Made by a program: the position numbers and the translations under genes. From NCBI GenBank assembly GCA_003212175.1, contig QCQN01000004.1, positions 10,506 through 74,505 of the forward strand: DNA of 64,000 bases, given 5' to 3'. Positions 20,257 through 31,362 of this stretch are shown here, one piece after another (within the stretch, counting starts at the first letter, position 1; every line of letters begins with the position of its first letter). This stretch comes from Prochlorococcus sp. AG-449-P16. GTDB lineage: Bacteria; Cyanobacteriota; Cyanobacteriia; PCC-6307; Cyanobiaceae. The notes beneath the pieces were generated by a model. That model worked only from the letters and a program-made list of their open reading frames with translations, was not told the origin of the DNA and searched no databases.

Positions 20257-21316
20257 AAAATCTAGTTATACTTTTTTATTTTTTTTTATTTCATTTGCTT
20301 TAGTAATTAATACATACATATATCAAAGCTTTCTTTTTTTAAGCTTCTTTCTAACTTTTTTCTTTATTTCTTTAACGTTAACAAAATACGGTATTAGAGT
20401 AATAAATAAACTCAACTTTTTACAAAATATAAAAACTGAAAGTCCCTCCAGTCATCAAAAGAAAAAAAATACCCCCACAGTTGGAGGAATATTTATTATT
20501 TGGCCTTTTTTAATATTACTTTTATTCATAAAAATTAAACTTGAATCTATAGCCTTAGCACTATTATTTGTCTGTATTCTTTCATTCTTTATTGTAGGTT
20601 TTATTGATGACTATTTAAGTATTAACAAGAAAGATAATACAGGATTAAAGCCTTACGAAAAATTTTTATTTCAAACTCTAATTGCAAATTTTTTCATAAT
20701 TTTGTCATTCAACAAAGGTTATATTAATTCACCGATAATGATATCTGATAACTGGTCAATAGATTCTAATTTAATGATTTTGCCAATCGCATTTATAACG
20801 TTAGTTGGATTAAGTAATGCAGTAAATTTAACTGACGGACTAGATGGATTGGCTTCTGGGTGTAGTGCAATAGTGTTTTGCGGACTTGGGACAGAAATAT
20901 TGCTCAACAATGATCAGGAGTTAATGGTTTATAGCCTACTTTGTTTTGCGATGTCAGGATTATGTATGGGTTTTCTAAAATTTAATAAATATCCTGCAAA
21001 AATTTTTATGGGCGATACTGGATCTTTAGCAATTGGTGCAACATTAGGTTGTATATCAATTTTAACTACTAGCTACCTTACGTTATTTATTTTTTCAGGA
21101 ATATTCATCATCGAAGCTTTATCTGTTCTTATACAAGTAACTTTTTTTAAGTTGACCAAAAGATTTTTTAAGAAAGGAAAAAGATTATTTTTAATGACTC
21201 CAATACATCATCATTTTGAACTTATGGGTGTAAAAGAAGAAAAAATAGTTGAAAACTTTTGGAAAACCAACATTTTATTAGTAATTTTAGGTATAGTTTT
21301 AAAGATTAACCTATGA
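20240..21316 (+). CDS. mraY: Phospho-N-acetylmuramoyl-pentapeptide transferase
   Basis: KKNTPTVGG, GFIDDY, NAVNLTDGLDGL, FMGDTGS and PIHHHFEL motifs. Confidence 0.96.
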   Translation: MIGKIKKSSYTFLFFFISFALVINTYIYQSFLFLSFFLTFFFISLTLTKYGIRVINKLNFLQNIKTESPSSHQKKKNTPTVGGIFIIWPFLILLLFIKIKLESIALALLFVCILSFFIVGFIDDYLSINKKDNTGLKPYEKFLFQTLIANFFIILSFNKGYINSPIMISDNWSIDSNLMILPIAFITLVGLSNAVNLTDGLDGLASGCSAIVFCGLGTEILLNNDQELMVYSLLCFAMSGLCMGFLKFNKYPAKIFMGDTGSLAIGATLGCISILTTSYLTLFIFSGIFIIEALSVLIQVTFFKLTKRFFKKGKRLFLMTPIHHHFELMGVKEEKIVENFWKTNILLVILGIVLKINL

Positions 21317-21329
21317 TTTATAGTTAGTT

Positions 21330-21575
21330 ATGAGTTTCTTTACTTGGAAAGATAATGGCCTAACAAGTGACTGTTCAAGTCTTGATGCTATGGCATCTAG
21401 ATTTGAAGAAACAGCTAGTTTAATGAAAAAGTTATCACAAAAAGGTTTTAAATTAAAAAAAACGCCAAAAGAACAACTCATAATACACCCTGATCCCAAA
21501 ATTTTTGATCAATGGGGTTTTATAAGTGAAGAAAAACCCTTTAAGCAACTTTGCTTGATACCAAATGATGACTAG
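21330..21575 (+). CDS. Conserved hypothetical protein
   Basis: 81-aa ORF with an ATG start and protein-like composition, directly after mraY. Confidence 0.7.
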   Translation: MSFFTWKDNGLTSDCSSLDAMASRFEETASLMKKLSQKGFKLKKTPKEQLIIHPDPKIFDQWGFISEEKPFKQLCLIPNDD

Positions 21576-22923
21576 TAATTGAAGATTTGTTTTGTTGATC
21601 CATTAAAACTGATAAATAGTTTCTAACGTGATTATTCCAACTAAAAAGCCTATGAACCCCTTCTATACCATTACTGCTCCATAGTTTCCATTGAGAATTA
21701 TTTGCAATCCCTTTTTCAATAACAACTTTTAACTGGTTGACATCAGTCACATCTACTAATAATCCATTTTGACATTTTGAATGAATTTCTTTAGGTCCTC
21801 CATCGTCAGTCGCGATAATTGGCAGACCACATGACGATGCTTCAAGCAGAGTTAAACCAAAAGGTTCAGTTAGCGCAGGATTAACGAAAAGACCGCCCTT
21901 ACTTGCACCCCATCTATACAAAGCAGGAATATTTTCTGGCTTATGTTTTTTTGGATAAGCGACTTTGCCATAAAGATTATATTTATCGATCATTTCAAAA
22001 ATCTTTTGAAATACATCTTTCTGTTGAGAATCAAGTTTTAATGTATTTTCTCTGCAACCTAAAATTAAAATCAAATTTGTTTTTCTTTTTAATTTTTCGG
22101 AACGTCCATATGCTTCAACTAGAGAAGGAATATTTTTTCTTCTAACCGCCCTAGAAATTGCCAATAGAGGAGGTTTTGTTAAATCTCTTAAAAATGGATA
22201 CATTATATTGTCAATTTCAGAATTTTCAGTTGTTGAATGTATATGATGAAATTTCGTACGGTCAACTCCGGGGGGAATAACTTTAGCTTTTTGAGGAGAA
22301 AAAGAACAATACTGAGAATATTGATGTACAGATTCTTGTTTTGTGCTTGTCACAACAATATCAGAAAACTTTAAAGCCTCTTCTTCTGCTTTAATTCTTT
22401 TACTAATAAAGTATGTTTTTTCAATTTGATTAATTTTTAAACCAGCATCTAATAATTTTCTTTTTTTCTCTCTTCCTAATGAATGAGCTGTAAAAATTAA
22501 AGGTACTTGAAGAAATTGACTCAACTTAACTCCAACATATCCAGCGTCAGCGTAATGAGCATGAATAAAATTTGGCTTGTTTTCAGATTTTTGATAAAAA
22601 CTAAAGAGACTTATTACTAGTTCATCTAAATATGGCCATAACAATTCTTTTCTTAAATATTTTTTAGGACCAAATTGAAATCTTAAAATTTTAGCACCAG
22701 GTACTATAAATTCTCTCTCCTTAGAATAATCATTATGTACTTTAGAATCATCAATTAGACGAGTAACTAAATCTACCTGATCAACTTCAGTTGTATTAGC
22801 TAGGGCCTTAACTAGTTCTAGTACATATTGAGTTTGACCTCCAGTATCTGAGTCTTTGCCTAATTCAAGATCGCTTGAACGTATTAAACCATGCAAATGT
22901 AAATGTAAAAATTTAAGACCCAT
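21541..22923 (-). CDS. sps: Sucrose-phosphate synthase (glycosyltransferase domain only)
   Basis: HGLIR...ELGKDSDTGGQ, HAHYADAG, HSLGREK and NPALTEPFGLTLLEA motifs; ATG at 22923. Confidence 0.92.
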   Translation of the reverse strand: MGLKFLHLHLHGLIRSSDLELGKDSDTGGQTQYVLELVKALANTTEVDQVDLVTRLIDDSKVHNDYSKEREFIVPGAKILRFQFGPKKYLRKELLWPYLDELVISLFSFYQKSENKPNFIHAHYADAGYVGVKLSQFLQVPLIFTAHSLGREKKRKLLDAGLKINQIEKTYFISKRIKAEEEALKFSDIVVTSTKQESVHQYSQYCSFSPQKAKVIPPGVDRTKFHHIHSTTENSEIDNIMYPFLRDLTKPPLLAISRAVRRKNIPSLVEAYGRSEKLKRKTNLILILGCRENTLKLDSQQKDVFQKIFEMIDKYNLYGKVAYPKKHKPENIPALYRWGASKGGLFVNPALTEPFGLTLLEASSCGLPIIATDDGGPKEIHSKCQNGLLVDVTDVNQLKVVIEKGIANNSQWKLWSSNGIEGVHRLFSWNNHVRNYLSVLMDQQNKSSITSHHLVSSKVA

Positions 22924-23123
22924 TTTGCACTTCCTGTTTACATTCCTTAAATACAAATAAACTGAATTTAAGAAGCAAATATTAAGAAACAATTATGATT
23001 TTATAATTAATAAATAACAAAATCACTAAGAATGACTACTACTATTGAAATTAGAAAGTTTTAAAAAAATTTTTTTTTTAGTTATTAAAAAAATAATACG
23101 AAGAAATACAACAAGATAGAGAG

Positions 23124-26024
23124 CTACATTAGAGCCTTTTTTAAATATTTTGCTGTATGGCTTGTAGGATGCTTAGATACTTCCTCGGGTGTACCTTCAG
23201 CAATTATTTCTCCACCTTTATCACCTCCATCAGGTCCCAGATCAATTACCCAATCAGAACATCTAATAACATCTAAATTATGTTCAATTACAAAAACAGA
23301 GTTACCTTTATCTACTAACCGTTGAATAACATCCATTAACTTATGAACATCATAAAAACTTAAGCCTGTAGTAGGCTCATCAATTAAATATAAAGTTTTT
23401 CCAGTTGCTCTTTTAGATAATTCTGTTGCTAATTTAACTCTTTGAGCTTCTCCTCCCGATAATGTTGGTGCTGGTTGGCCTAGTTTGACATAGCCAAGGC
23501 CAACATCAACTAATGTCCTCAATCTGTCAGCAGCTTGTGGAATTGCAGAAAAAACTTCAGCAGCTTGTTCAACAGTCATTTCTAAAACGTCTGAGATATT
23601 AAAACCTTTATATTTAACTTGAAGAGTTTCTCTGTTAAAACGCGCCCCCTTACATACCTCGCATTGAACATATACATCAGGAAGAAAATTCATCTCTATA
23701 ACATTAACTCCTTGCCCTTTACATGCTTCACATCTACCACCTTTCACATTAAAACTAAATTGCCCTGCTTGATAGCCTCTCGCTTTTGCCTCTACTGTTG
23801 CAGTGAATACCTGTCTTATAGGATCAAAAGCTCCAGTGTAAGTGGCAGGATTAGATCTAGGCGTTCTTCCAATTGGTGATTGATCAATAACAATTACTTT
23901 ATCAATAGCTTTAATACCTTTTAAATCTTTGACACCTTTAGGGAAAGGAACTTTCAATCCAAGAGAATGACACAGAGCAGGATGTAGTAATTCATTTATC
24001 AATGTACTTTTCCCGCTACCACTGACTCCGGTTACAGATACAAGTCTTCCTAAAGGGAACTCAACAGAAATATTTTTAAGATTATTCTTCACACAATTAT
24101 TTAAAATTAAACTTTTTTTTACAGAAGATCTCCTTTCTTTTGGAGTAGGTATAAATCTTCTTCCACTGAGATATGCTCCGGTTAAGGATTTTTCAGATTT
24201 CAAAACTTGGTCGAAAGTTCCTTCCGCAATAATTTCCCCTCCATAAACTCCAGCACCAGGACCAATATCAACTAAATAATCCGCAGATCTCATAGTATCT
24301 TCATCATGTTCTACAACTACTAAAGTATTTCCTAAATCTCTGAGACTTTTTAGAGTTGCCAATAATCTATCATTATCTCTTTGATGAAGCCCAATACTTG
24401 GTTCATCTAGTACATATAAAACTCCTGTTAGGCCTGCTCCTATTTGGGTAGCAAGTCTAATGCGTTGAGCTTCACCTCCAGATAAAGTCATAGCAGGCCT
24501 ATCTAAAGTAAGATAATCCAACCCAACATTAATAAGAAATTGGAGACGTAGACGAATTTCTTTGAGAACTAACTCCCCTATTTGTTTTTGTTTTTCAGAT
24601 AACGATATATCTTCCTTACTTTTCTTGCTCAATCCCATGATTTTTTCTACATGAGACAAGGTTTCAGAAACACTTATTGAAGTTAAGTCTGTTATGTTAT
24701 AAGGCCCAAGCTTAACAGCGAGTGCTTCTGGTCTTAACCTTTTCCCAGCACATGTTTTACAAGGAACCAACTCTAAATATTTTTCAAGCTTTTGTTTGAC
24801 CGATTCACCATTCGCTTCGCTTAATTGCCTCTCGAGTATAGGTAATATACCTTCAAAAGGCCTTTGAAAACCACTTGTAGTTTTGAAACGGCTATCGGCT
24901 TGAATTAAAATCGGTTTATCTGAACCTGTTAGTAGAATATTTTTTTGAACATCAGTTAAATCCTTCCATGGGGTTTTTAATTCAAAACCATAAGCCTGAC
25001 CAACTGAATAAAGTAATGAAAAATAATATGTATTATCTTTTTCACTCCATGGAGCTATTGCTGCATAAACAGGTAAGGAAGTATCTGGAATAACTCTATC
25101 TGCAGTAAATTTTTTTAAATATCCTATTCCATGACAATCTGGACATGCACCATAAGGGCTATTAAAAGAAAATAATCTCGGAGAGAGTTCCTCCACAATA
25201 GAACCATGAATGGGACAAGCATAATTCTCTGAGAACAACTTTTCTCTTTGAATATCTGGAGGTAAAGTTTCTCCTTTTTTAGGTACAACCTCTACTATTG
25301 AAAGTCCATCACCTCTTTTAAGACAAGTTTGCAACGAATCACTTAATCTCTCTTGAATTCCATCTCGAGCGATTAATCGGTCAACTACAACTTCAATATT
25401 ATGGATATGATTTTTATCTAATTCTATGCTGTCTGCAAGATCTCTTACTTCTCCATTAATTCTTACGCGAGCAAAACCTTCAGCTGCTAAACCGCTAAGT
25501 AATTTTGCATGAGTTCCCTTTTTCCCCCTAACTACGGGTGCAAGTAACTGATATCTCGTTCCATCAGGGAGCAAAACTATTTGATCGACCATTTCATCAA
25601 TCGTTTGAGGAGAAATAGGGACTCCACAATGATGACAATGGGGCTCTCCCGCTCTCCCAAATAATAATCTTAAATAGTCTTGTATCTCTGTTACAGTACC
25701 AACTGTTGAACGGGGATTATGACTTGTGGATTTTTGGTCAATTGATATTGCGGGTGACAATCCCTCAATATTGTCAACGTCCGGCTTATCTATTTGACCT
25801 AAAAACTGTCTTGCATAAGCGGAAAGACTCTCTACATATCTTCTTTGACCTTCAGCAAAAATTGTATCGAAAGCTAAAGAACTTTTTCCACTGCCACTAA
25901 CTCCAGTAAAAACAATAAACTTGTTTCTTGGAAGTGTGAGGTCTACATTTTTTAAATTATGTTGACGTGCTCCCCTAATCCTTATAGCTTCATCCCTATT
26001 AATACTATTATTTTTTTTAACCAT
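23124..26024 (-). CDS. uvrA: Excinuclease ABC subunit A
   Basis: Two GVSGSGKS Walker A motifs, two LSGGEAQR signatures and zinc-finger cysteines. Confidence 0.98.
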   Translation of the reverse strand: MVKKNNSINRDEAIRIRGARQHNLKNVDLTLPRNKFIVFTGVSGSGKSSLAFDTIFAEGQRRYVESLSAYARQFLGQIDKPDVDNIEGLSPAISIDQKSTSHNPRSTVGTVTEIQDYLRLLFGRAGEPHCHHCGVPISPQTIDEMVDQIVLLPDGTRYQLLAPVVRGKKGTHAKLLSGLAAEGFARVRINGEVRDLADSIELDKNHIHNIEVVVDRLIARDGIQERLSDSLQTCLKRGDGLSIVEVVPKKGETLPPDIQREKLFSENYACPIHGSIVEELSPRLFSFNSPYGACPDCHGIGYLKKFTADRVIPDTSLPVYAAIAPWSEKDNTYYFSLLYSVGQAYGFELKTPWKDLTDVQKNILLTGSDKPILIQADSRFKTTSGFQRPFEGILPILERQLSEANGESVKQKLEKYLELVPCKTCAGKRLRPEALAVKLGPYNITDLTSISVSETLSHVEKIMGLSKKSKEDISLSEKQKQIGELVLKEIRLRLQFLINVGLDYLTLDRPAMTLSGGEAQRIRLATQIGAGLTGVLYVLDEPSIGLHQRDNDRLLATLKSLRDLGNTLVVVEHDEDTMRSADYLVDIGPGAGVYGGEIIAEGTFDQVLKSEKSLTGAYLSGRRFIPTPKERRSSVKKSLILNNCVKNNLKNISVEFPLGRLVSVTGVSGSGKSTLINELLHPALCHSLGLKVPFPKGVKDLKGIKAIDKVIVIDQSPIGRTPRSNPATYTGAFDPIRQVFTATVEAKARGYQAGQFSFNVKGGRCEACKGQGVNVIEMNFLPDVYVQCEVCKGARFNRETLQVKYKGFNISDVLEMTVEQAAEVFSAIPQAADRLRTLVDVGLGYVKLGQPAPTLSGGEAQRVKLATELSKRATGKTLYLIDEPTTGLSFYDVHKLMDVIQRLVDKGNSVFVIEHNLDVIRCSDWVIDLGPDGGDKGGEIIAEGTPEEVSKHPTSHTAKYLKKALM

Positions 26025-26078
26025 GCTTAAATCTTAAGTTGATTTAAAGAATTCTTATTATAGTGGAAATTTATAAGT

Positions 26079-27758
26079 TTACGCGGCTGCTCTATCTAAG
26101 AGTGAAGACGCGTAATGATTTGCATCATTAAAACTGCCTCCAATAAGTTCTATTAACTCGCTTTGTTTTTCATTTTTTGTATTTAATTTTGCTATTGATG
26201 TAAAGGTTGCGCCATTTATTACATTTTTTTTAACTTTAAAATGCGCATTTGCATTGGCAGCTAAAAAAGGTTGATGTGTAATACACAAAACTTGTCTTTG
26301 TTGTGAAATATTTTTTATTAATTGAACCAAAGAAAACAGAGATTTTCCGCTTAAACCATTATCAATTTCATCCAAAAAGAAAGTATCAGCTTTTTTTGAA
26401 ATACTTGATTTCATTGCAAGCAAAAACCTTGACATTTCACCTCCTGAAATAATTTTAGAAAGTGGAGCTAGCTTCTGATCTGGATTTGCAGAGAATAAAA
26501 AGTTTATTACATCTACTCCATCCGCAGATGGTTTGACCCTAGAAAAATCAATTGAAAAGTTAGCATTAGCTAAACCTAAATTTTTTAATATTGCGAGAAC
26601 CGATTCTTTCAAGTTATTTGAAGTGTATTTCCTGAAAGATGTCTGAACCTCATAAAGATTATCTAATTCAATTTGCTTGCTATTAATTTCAGTTTCTAAA
26701 CAATTAATTTCCTCTACATATGAATTTGTATCTATATGAGATCTCAATTCATCTCTTTTTAATATTAGTTCTGGAAGCTCTAAAGAAAAAGTTCGCTCTA
26801 AATTTTGTAAAAAGAATAATCTATTTTGAATTTCATCAAGAGTATCTTCGTCATTATCCAATTGATCAAGATATTGAGTAAAAGAAATAATCATTTTTTG
26901 TACATTATGTTGTAAGTCAATCAAATTATTTTTTAAATCATTGATAGTACAATCAAAATCAGATATTTTGTCTAAGTGTTTTATTGCATCAGTTAACAAT
27001 GAACTAACTGATGGCATTTCATTTCCATAACCGTTTAAAACGTTAAGTGATAATTGCATCGAATTATTAATATCAAAATTCTTTGATAGCTTAATCTCCT
27101 TTGACTTTAAGTCATTTATTTCATGACTAGAATCAAGATTTGCTTTTATTAGGATATTGTACATCTCTTTAATTGCATAATTTTTTTCTTCAGCGTTTTT
27201 GTTAATAGCTATAAGTTGCTCTTTTCTTTTATATAGTTTGTTTAGTTCTTCCCATCTTTTTTTTACATTATCATTAACTTCTTTTAACTCTAGAGAGCCC
27301 ATATCATCAATTATTAATCTTCTATAGTCCTTACTTCCAAATAAAAAAGTATCTGATTGTCCTGCAAAGTCGATGAGAAACAGACCTAATTCTTCTAAAA
27401 GTTTTTTTACTATAGGTATTTTATTAACAGTAAAATTAGTATTTATTTTATTATTTTTTTTATAAGATTTTCTTGTAACTAAAATTTCATCACCTGTAAT
27501 ATTGATATTATTTTTCTTAAGCCAATTTTTCAAACCTTCAGAGCAAGAAAATCTAGCCTCAATCAAACAATGGTCTTTTCCTAGACGTATTAGTTGTTTT
27601 AAAGGTATATTAGACCCACCAAATAAAACATTTAATGAATCTAAAATCAGTGATTTTCCTGAACCAGAATCACCGGTAAAAATATTCAAACCTTTTTCGA
27701 AATTAATTTCTATAATCTCTATTAAGGCAATGTTCTTTAATTTTAACTGTATTAGCAT
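26079..27758 (-). CDS. recN: DNA repair protein RecN
   Basis: N-terminal TGDSGSGKS, coiled coil, FSANPD, ISGGEMSR, DEID and CITHQP; ATG at 27758. Confidence 0.92.
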   Translation of the reverse strand: MLIQLKLKNIALIEIIEINFEKGLNIFTGDSGSGKSLILDSLNVLFGGSNIPLKQLIRLGKDHCLIEARFSCSEGLKNWLKKNNINITGDEILVTRKSYKKNNKINTNFTVNKIPIVKKLLEELGLFLIDFAGQSDTFLFGSKDYRRLIIDDMGSLELKEVNDNVKKRWEELNKLYKRKEQLIAINKNAEEKNYAIKEMYNILIKANLDSSHEINDLKSKEIKLSKNFDINNSMQLSLNVLNGYGNEMPSVSSLLTDAIKHLDKISDFDCTINDLKNNLIDLQHNVQKMIISFTQYLDQLDNDEDTLDEIQNRLFFLQNLERTFSLELPELILKRDELRSHIDTNSYVEEINCLETEINSKQIELDNLYEVQTSFRKYTSNNLKESVLAILKNLGLANANFSIDFSRVKPSADGVDVINFLFSANPDQKLAPLSKIISGGEMSRFLLAMKSSISKKADTFFLDEIDNGLSGKSLFSLVQLIKNISQQRQVLCITHQPFLAANANAHFKVKKNVINGATFTSIAKLNTKNEKQSELIELIGGSFNDANHYASSLLDRAAA

Positions 27759-27827
27759 GTTTAATTCTACATACAAAAAAATTAACTTCTTTTTAAAGAA
27801 AATTAAAGGGTTTAAATAAATATAGTC

Positions 27828-29684
27828 ATGAATGGAAATTATACTGACTTTATTGAAGCTTCTGGTTTACTTGAGTATGAACCAGATACAATTAAAAAAA
27901 TTTATCAAAAAAACCCTCAACGTTTAATTAAAAGGCTCTGGCAAACACTGATTCCTATATTTATTTATATATTTTCAATAGGATGGGACAAGCTAACAGG
28001 AAAATTAAAAGTAGAAACGCAAGCAAGATTTAGGGCAAAACAACTTACAAATTTACTTGTAGAACTAGGACCTGCGTTTGTCAAAGCAGGTCAAGCATTA
28101 TCAACTAGGCCAGATATAATTCCTGTTATTTTACTTGAGGAATTATCAGAACTTCAAGATCAACTACCTGGATTTGATGGAGATAAAGCGATGGAGCTGA
28201 TAGAAGAAGACTTAAATAAAAAAATTGATGAAATTTTTTTATCAATAGAAAAAGAACCAATATCAGCTGCTTCTTTAGGCCAAGTTCATAAAGCGACCCT
28301 ACTTAATAATGAAGTTGTCGCCGTAAAAGTTCAACGTCCAGGCTTGAGAGAGCAAATTACACTAGATCTTTACATAGTTAGAAATATTGCTTATTGGTTA
28401 AAAAATAATGTTGGCCTAATCAGAAGCGATCTTGTTGCATTGATTGATGAATTAGGAAAAAGGGTCTTTGAAGAAATGGATTATTTAAACGAGGCTAAAA
28501 ATGCTGAAAAATTCAGAGCCATGCATATTCATAATAATAAAATTGCAGTCCCAAAAATTTATAACGAAAATACTTCGAGAAGAGTTTTAACAATGGAATG
28601 GATAGAGGGTACAAAACTTACAAATCTTGAAGGTGTGAAGAATTTAGGAATTGATCCCGATGAAATGGTTGATATAGGGGTTCAATGTAGTTTAGAGCAA
28701 TTATTAGAGCATGGCTTCTTTCATGCTGACCCGCACCCTGGAAATTTGTTAGCACTAAAAGATGGAAGATTATGTTATCTGGATTTTGGAATGATGAGTG
28801 AAGTTTCGAAAACTTCTAGGTCGGGCCTGATTCAAGCAGTTGTGCATTTAGTCAATAAAAATTTTGATAAATTATCTCAAGATTTTGTAAAACTTGGGTT
28901 TCTATCGGAAGAAGTTAATCTCGAACCCATAGTCCCGGCTTTTCAAGATGTATTTATTAACGCAGTTGAACTAGGCGTATCAAAAATGGACTTTAAGAGC
29001 GTTACTGATGATATGTCAGGAGTGATGTATAAATTTCCTTTCAAATTGCCACCATACTATGCTCTTATTATCAGATCTCTTCTAACGCTAGAAGGAATTG
29101 CTCTAAGTGTAGATCCAAATTTCAAAATATTGGGTGCTGCTTATCCATATTTTGCAAGAAGGTTAATGGAAGATCCTGATCCTCAATTGAGAGAAAGTCT
29201 TAAAGAAATGCTTTTTGATGATAAAAAATTTAAATGGGACCGTCTAGAAGATCTTTTATCAAATGCTGCAAAGCAAACAAATCTTGATCTTGAAAAACTT
29301 CTCGATGAAGTCATAAAACTATTATTTTCTGCAAAAGGAGGATTCCTAAGAAATGAAATAATTGAAAGTATTACTAATCAAATAGACATGGTTGGATTAA
29401 GTTTATTAAAAAGCGTCAATAACTATTTGCCTAAATCAATTAGATTAAATGTAGAAACAAATACCAATTATATAAACGATTTGATTTTAAACGTTGAGCC
29501 TCTTAGAAATTTTTTTGAAATTTTGCAAAAAGTTCCAGGATATTCAATAGATATATTTATTAAAAGAATTCCAAGACTTTTGAACGAACCTTATACCAAA
29601 GAAATGAGTTTTAAAATAGCAAAAAAAGTTACTGAAAAAGGAGTAGTGAGACTTGTGAAAATTGCAGCTGGTGCAAACATTTAA
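27828..29684 (+). CDS. AarF/ABC1/UbiB-family atypical kinase
   Basis: LGPAFVKAGQ, AASLGQVH, VAVKVQRP, HADPHPGN and LDFGM motifs. Confidence 0.95.
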   Translation: MNGNYTDFIEASGLLEYEPDTIKKIYQKNPQRLIKRLWQTLIPIFIYIFSIGWDKLTGKLKVETQARFRAKQLTNLLVELGPAFVKAGQALSTRPDIIPVILLEELSELQDQLPGFDGDKAMELIEEDLNKKIDEIFLSIEKEPISAASLGQVHKATLLNNEVVAVKVQRPGLREQITLDLYIVRNIAYWLKNNVGLIRSDLVALIDELGKRVFEEMDYLNEAKNAEKFRAMHIHNNKIAVPKIYNENTSRRVLTMEWIEGTKLTNLEGVKNLGIDPDEMVDIGVQCSLEQLLEHGFFHADPHPGNLLALKDGRLCYLDFGMMSEVSKTSRSGLIQAVVHLVNKNFDKLSQDFVKLGFLSEEVNLEPIVPAFQDVFINAVELGVSKMDFKSVTDDMSGVMYKFPFKLPPYYALIIRSLLTLEGIALSVDPNFKILGAAYPYFARRLMEDPDPQLRESLKEMLFDDKKFKWDRLEDLLSNAAKQTNLDLEKLLDEVIKLLFSAKGGFLRNEIIESITNQIDMVGLSLLKSVNNYLPKSIRLNVETNTNYINDLILNVEPLRNFFEILQKVPGYSIDIFIKRIPRLLNEPYTKEMSFKIAKKVTEKGVVRLVKIAAGANI

Positions 29685-30256
29685 TGAAGATTTTTAAAGC
29701 TGTAATACCTAAAATATTTCTGGTAATAATTTCTAGTCAAATTTTTTTTAATGTTCAAGGAGTTAAGTCTGCAGAAAATATCAAAATAATTTACAGTATT
29801 TTCTCCAGAACAATAACTGTTGAATCGTTGGAAAATTTTGCCCAAAATGGAAATTCGAGTGATAAATTGAGAAGAATTTTTAAAGCAACTGGATCATCAG
29901 ATATTGAAATTAGATCAGTATTAAATAAAGATTTTGAAATTCCTATAACAATAGCTAGCAAAGTAGTCTATTCCGAAATAGGTAGTGTTTTTTTAAAAAG
30001 ACTTTCTTCAATAATTCATCCTCCAAAAGCAACAGACGAAATAACAGGGATGTTGGCTCTAAGAGCAAGCTTAATACAAGGTCTTAATTTAGGAGATGAG
30101 AAAATAAATCTTATAAACTTTTTCAAAAGTTATCCCACAAAAACTGTTATTTTAGATGTAAATGCCTTAAGTAAAGTTATGAATAAAGTAGAATCGATTT
30201 CGGAATTATTAGAATTTTTCATGAATTCTCCACTAGAAAAAATCAAAAGCAATTAA
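29684..30256 (+). CDS. Cyanobacterial alpha/beta-hydrolase-associated protein (DUF1400-like) with signal peptide
   Basis: N-terminal signal followed by AENIKIIY...LE.FA..G, ALRASL and F.KSYP; TAATG coupling to the upstream gene. Confidence 0.7.
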   Translation: MKIFKAVIPKIFLVIISSQIFFNVQGVKSAENIKIIYSIFSRTITVESLENFAQNGNSSDKLRRIFKATGSSDIEIRSVLNKDFEIPITIASKVVYSEIGSVFLKRLSSIIHPPKATDEITGMLALRASLIQGLNLGDEKINLINFFKSYPTKTVILDVNALSKVMNKVESISELLEFFMNSPLEKIKSN

Positions 30257-30258
30257 TT

Positions 30259-31362
30259 ATGTTGTTATTAAGCAAAATTAAGAATAAAATTCGCCCAAAT
30301 TATAGAAAAAAAAAATGGCCAGGATTAATTAATGCTTATAAAAAATATCTACCAGTTTCTTCCAAAACACCCATTGTTACCCTTAACGAGGGTAATACCC
30401 CATTAATTTTTAGTCAGAAAATCAGTGAATTAATTGGAAATGATACAAAAGTCTATTTAAAATATGATGGTTTGAATCCTACTGGATCATTCAAAGATCG
30501 TGGAATGACAATGGCTATTAGTAAAGCCAAAGAAGAAGGAAGTGAAGCAGTAATATGCGCTAGCACTGGAAACACTTCAGCGGCAGCAGCAGCTTACGCA
30601 TCCAGAGGAGGTTTAAAGTCTTTTGTTTTAATACCCGATGGATTTGTAGCGCAAGGAAAGCTTGCTCAGGCTTTAATGTATGGGGCAGAAATTATATCAA
30701 TACAAGGCAATTTTGATAAAGCATTAGAAATTGTTAGAGATTTATCTTCAAATTATCCAATAAATCTTGTAAATTCCGTGAATCCATATCGAATTCAAGG
30801 TCAAAAAACAGCAGCTTTTGAAATAGTGGATGACTTGGGATTTGCACCTGACTGGCTTTGTATACCAATGGGAAATGCGGGTAACATAACTGCCTATTGG
30901 TTAGGATTTAAAGAATACTCCAAAATCAAAAGAAACCTAAAATTACCAATAATGATGGGATTTCAAGCTGAAGGGTCAGCTCCTTTGGTAAAAAACATTA
31001 TTGTAAAGAATCCTGAAACGTTAGCCACCGCAATTAGAATTGGAAATCCAGTCAATAGAGAAAAAGCAAAAAAAGTAAAAAAAGAAAGTAAAGGGGATTT
31101 TCAATCAGTAACCGATAAAGAAATTATTGATGCTTATAAAATTCTTGCAAAAGAAGGTGTCTTTTGTGAACCAGCAAGCGCAGCATCAGTAGCAGGATTA
31201 ATTAAAAACAAGAATAGACTTAAAAAGCAATCAACTATAGTTTGTGTACTTACTGGAAATGGGTTAAAAGATCCAGATTGTGCAATTAAAAATAATGAAG
31301 CAATATTTCGAAAGAATTTAGAACCTTCACTGGATAACATTATCAAAACATTGGGTTATTAA
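30259..31362 (+). CDS. thrC: Threonine synthase
   Basis: [16 protein letters not shown] (PLP lysine), [16 protein letters not shown] and TGNGLKD motifs. Confidence 0.96.
   Translation: MLLLSKIKNKIRPNYRKKKWPGLINAYKKYLPVSSKTPIVTLNEGNTPLIFSQKISELIGNDTKVYLKYDGLNPTGSFKDRGMTMAISKAKEEGSEAVICASTGNTSAAAAAYASRGGLKSFVLIPDGFVAQGKLAQALMYGAEIISIQGNFDKALEIVRDLSSNYPINLVNSVNPYRIQGQKTAAFEIVDDLGFAPDWLCIPMGNAGNITAYWLGFKEYSKIKRNLKLPIMMGFQAEGSAPLVKNIIVKNPETLATAIRIGNPVNREKAKKVKKESKGDFQSVTDKEIIDAYKILAKEGVFCEPASAASVAGLIKNKNRLKKQSTIVCVLTGNGLKDPDCAIKNNEAIFRKNLEPSLDNIIKTLGY

Noticed and set aside
26025-26078. Expected LexA box upstream of uvrA (also checked upstream of recN, 27759-27827)
   Set aside because: No AGTAC-N4-GTACT-like sequence visible
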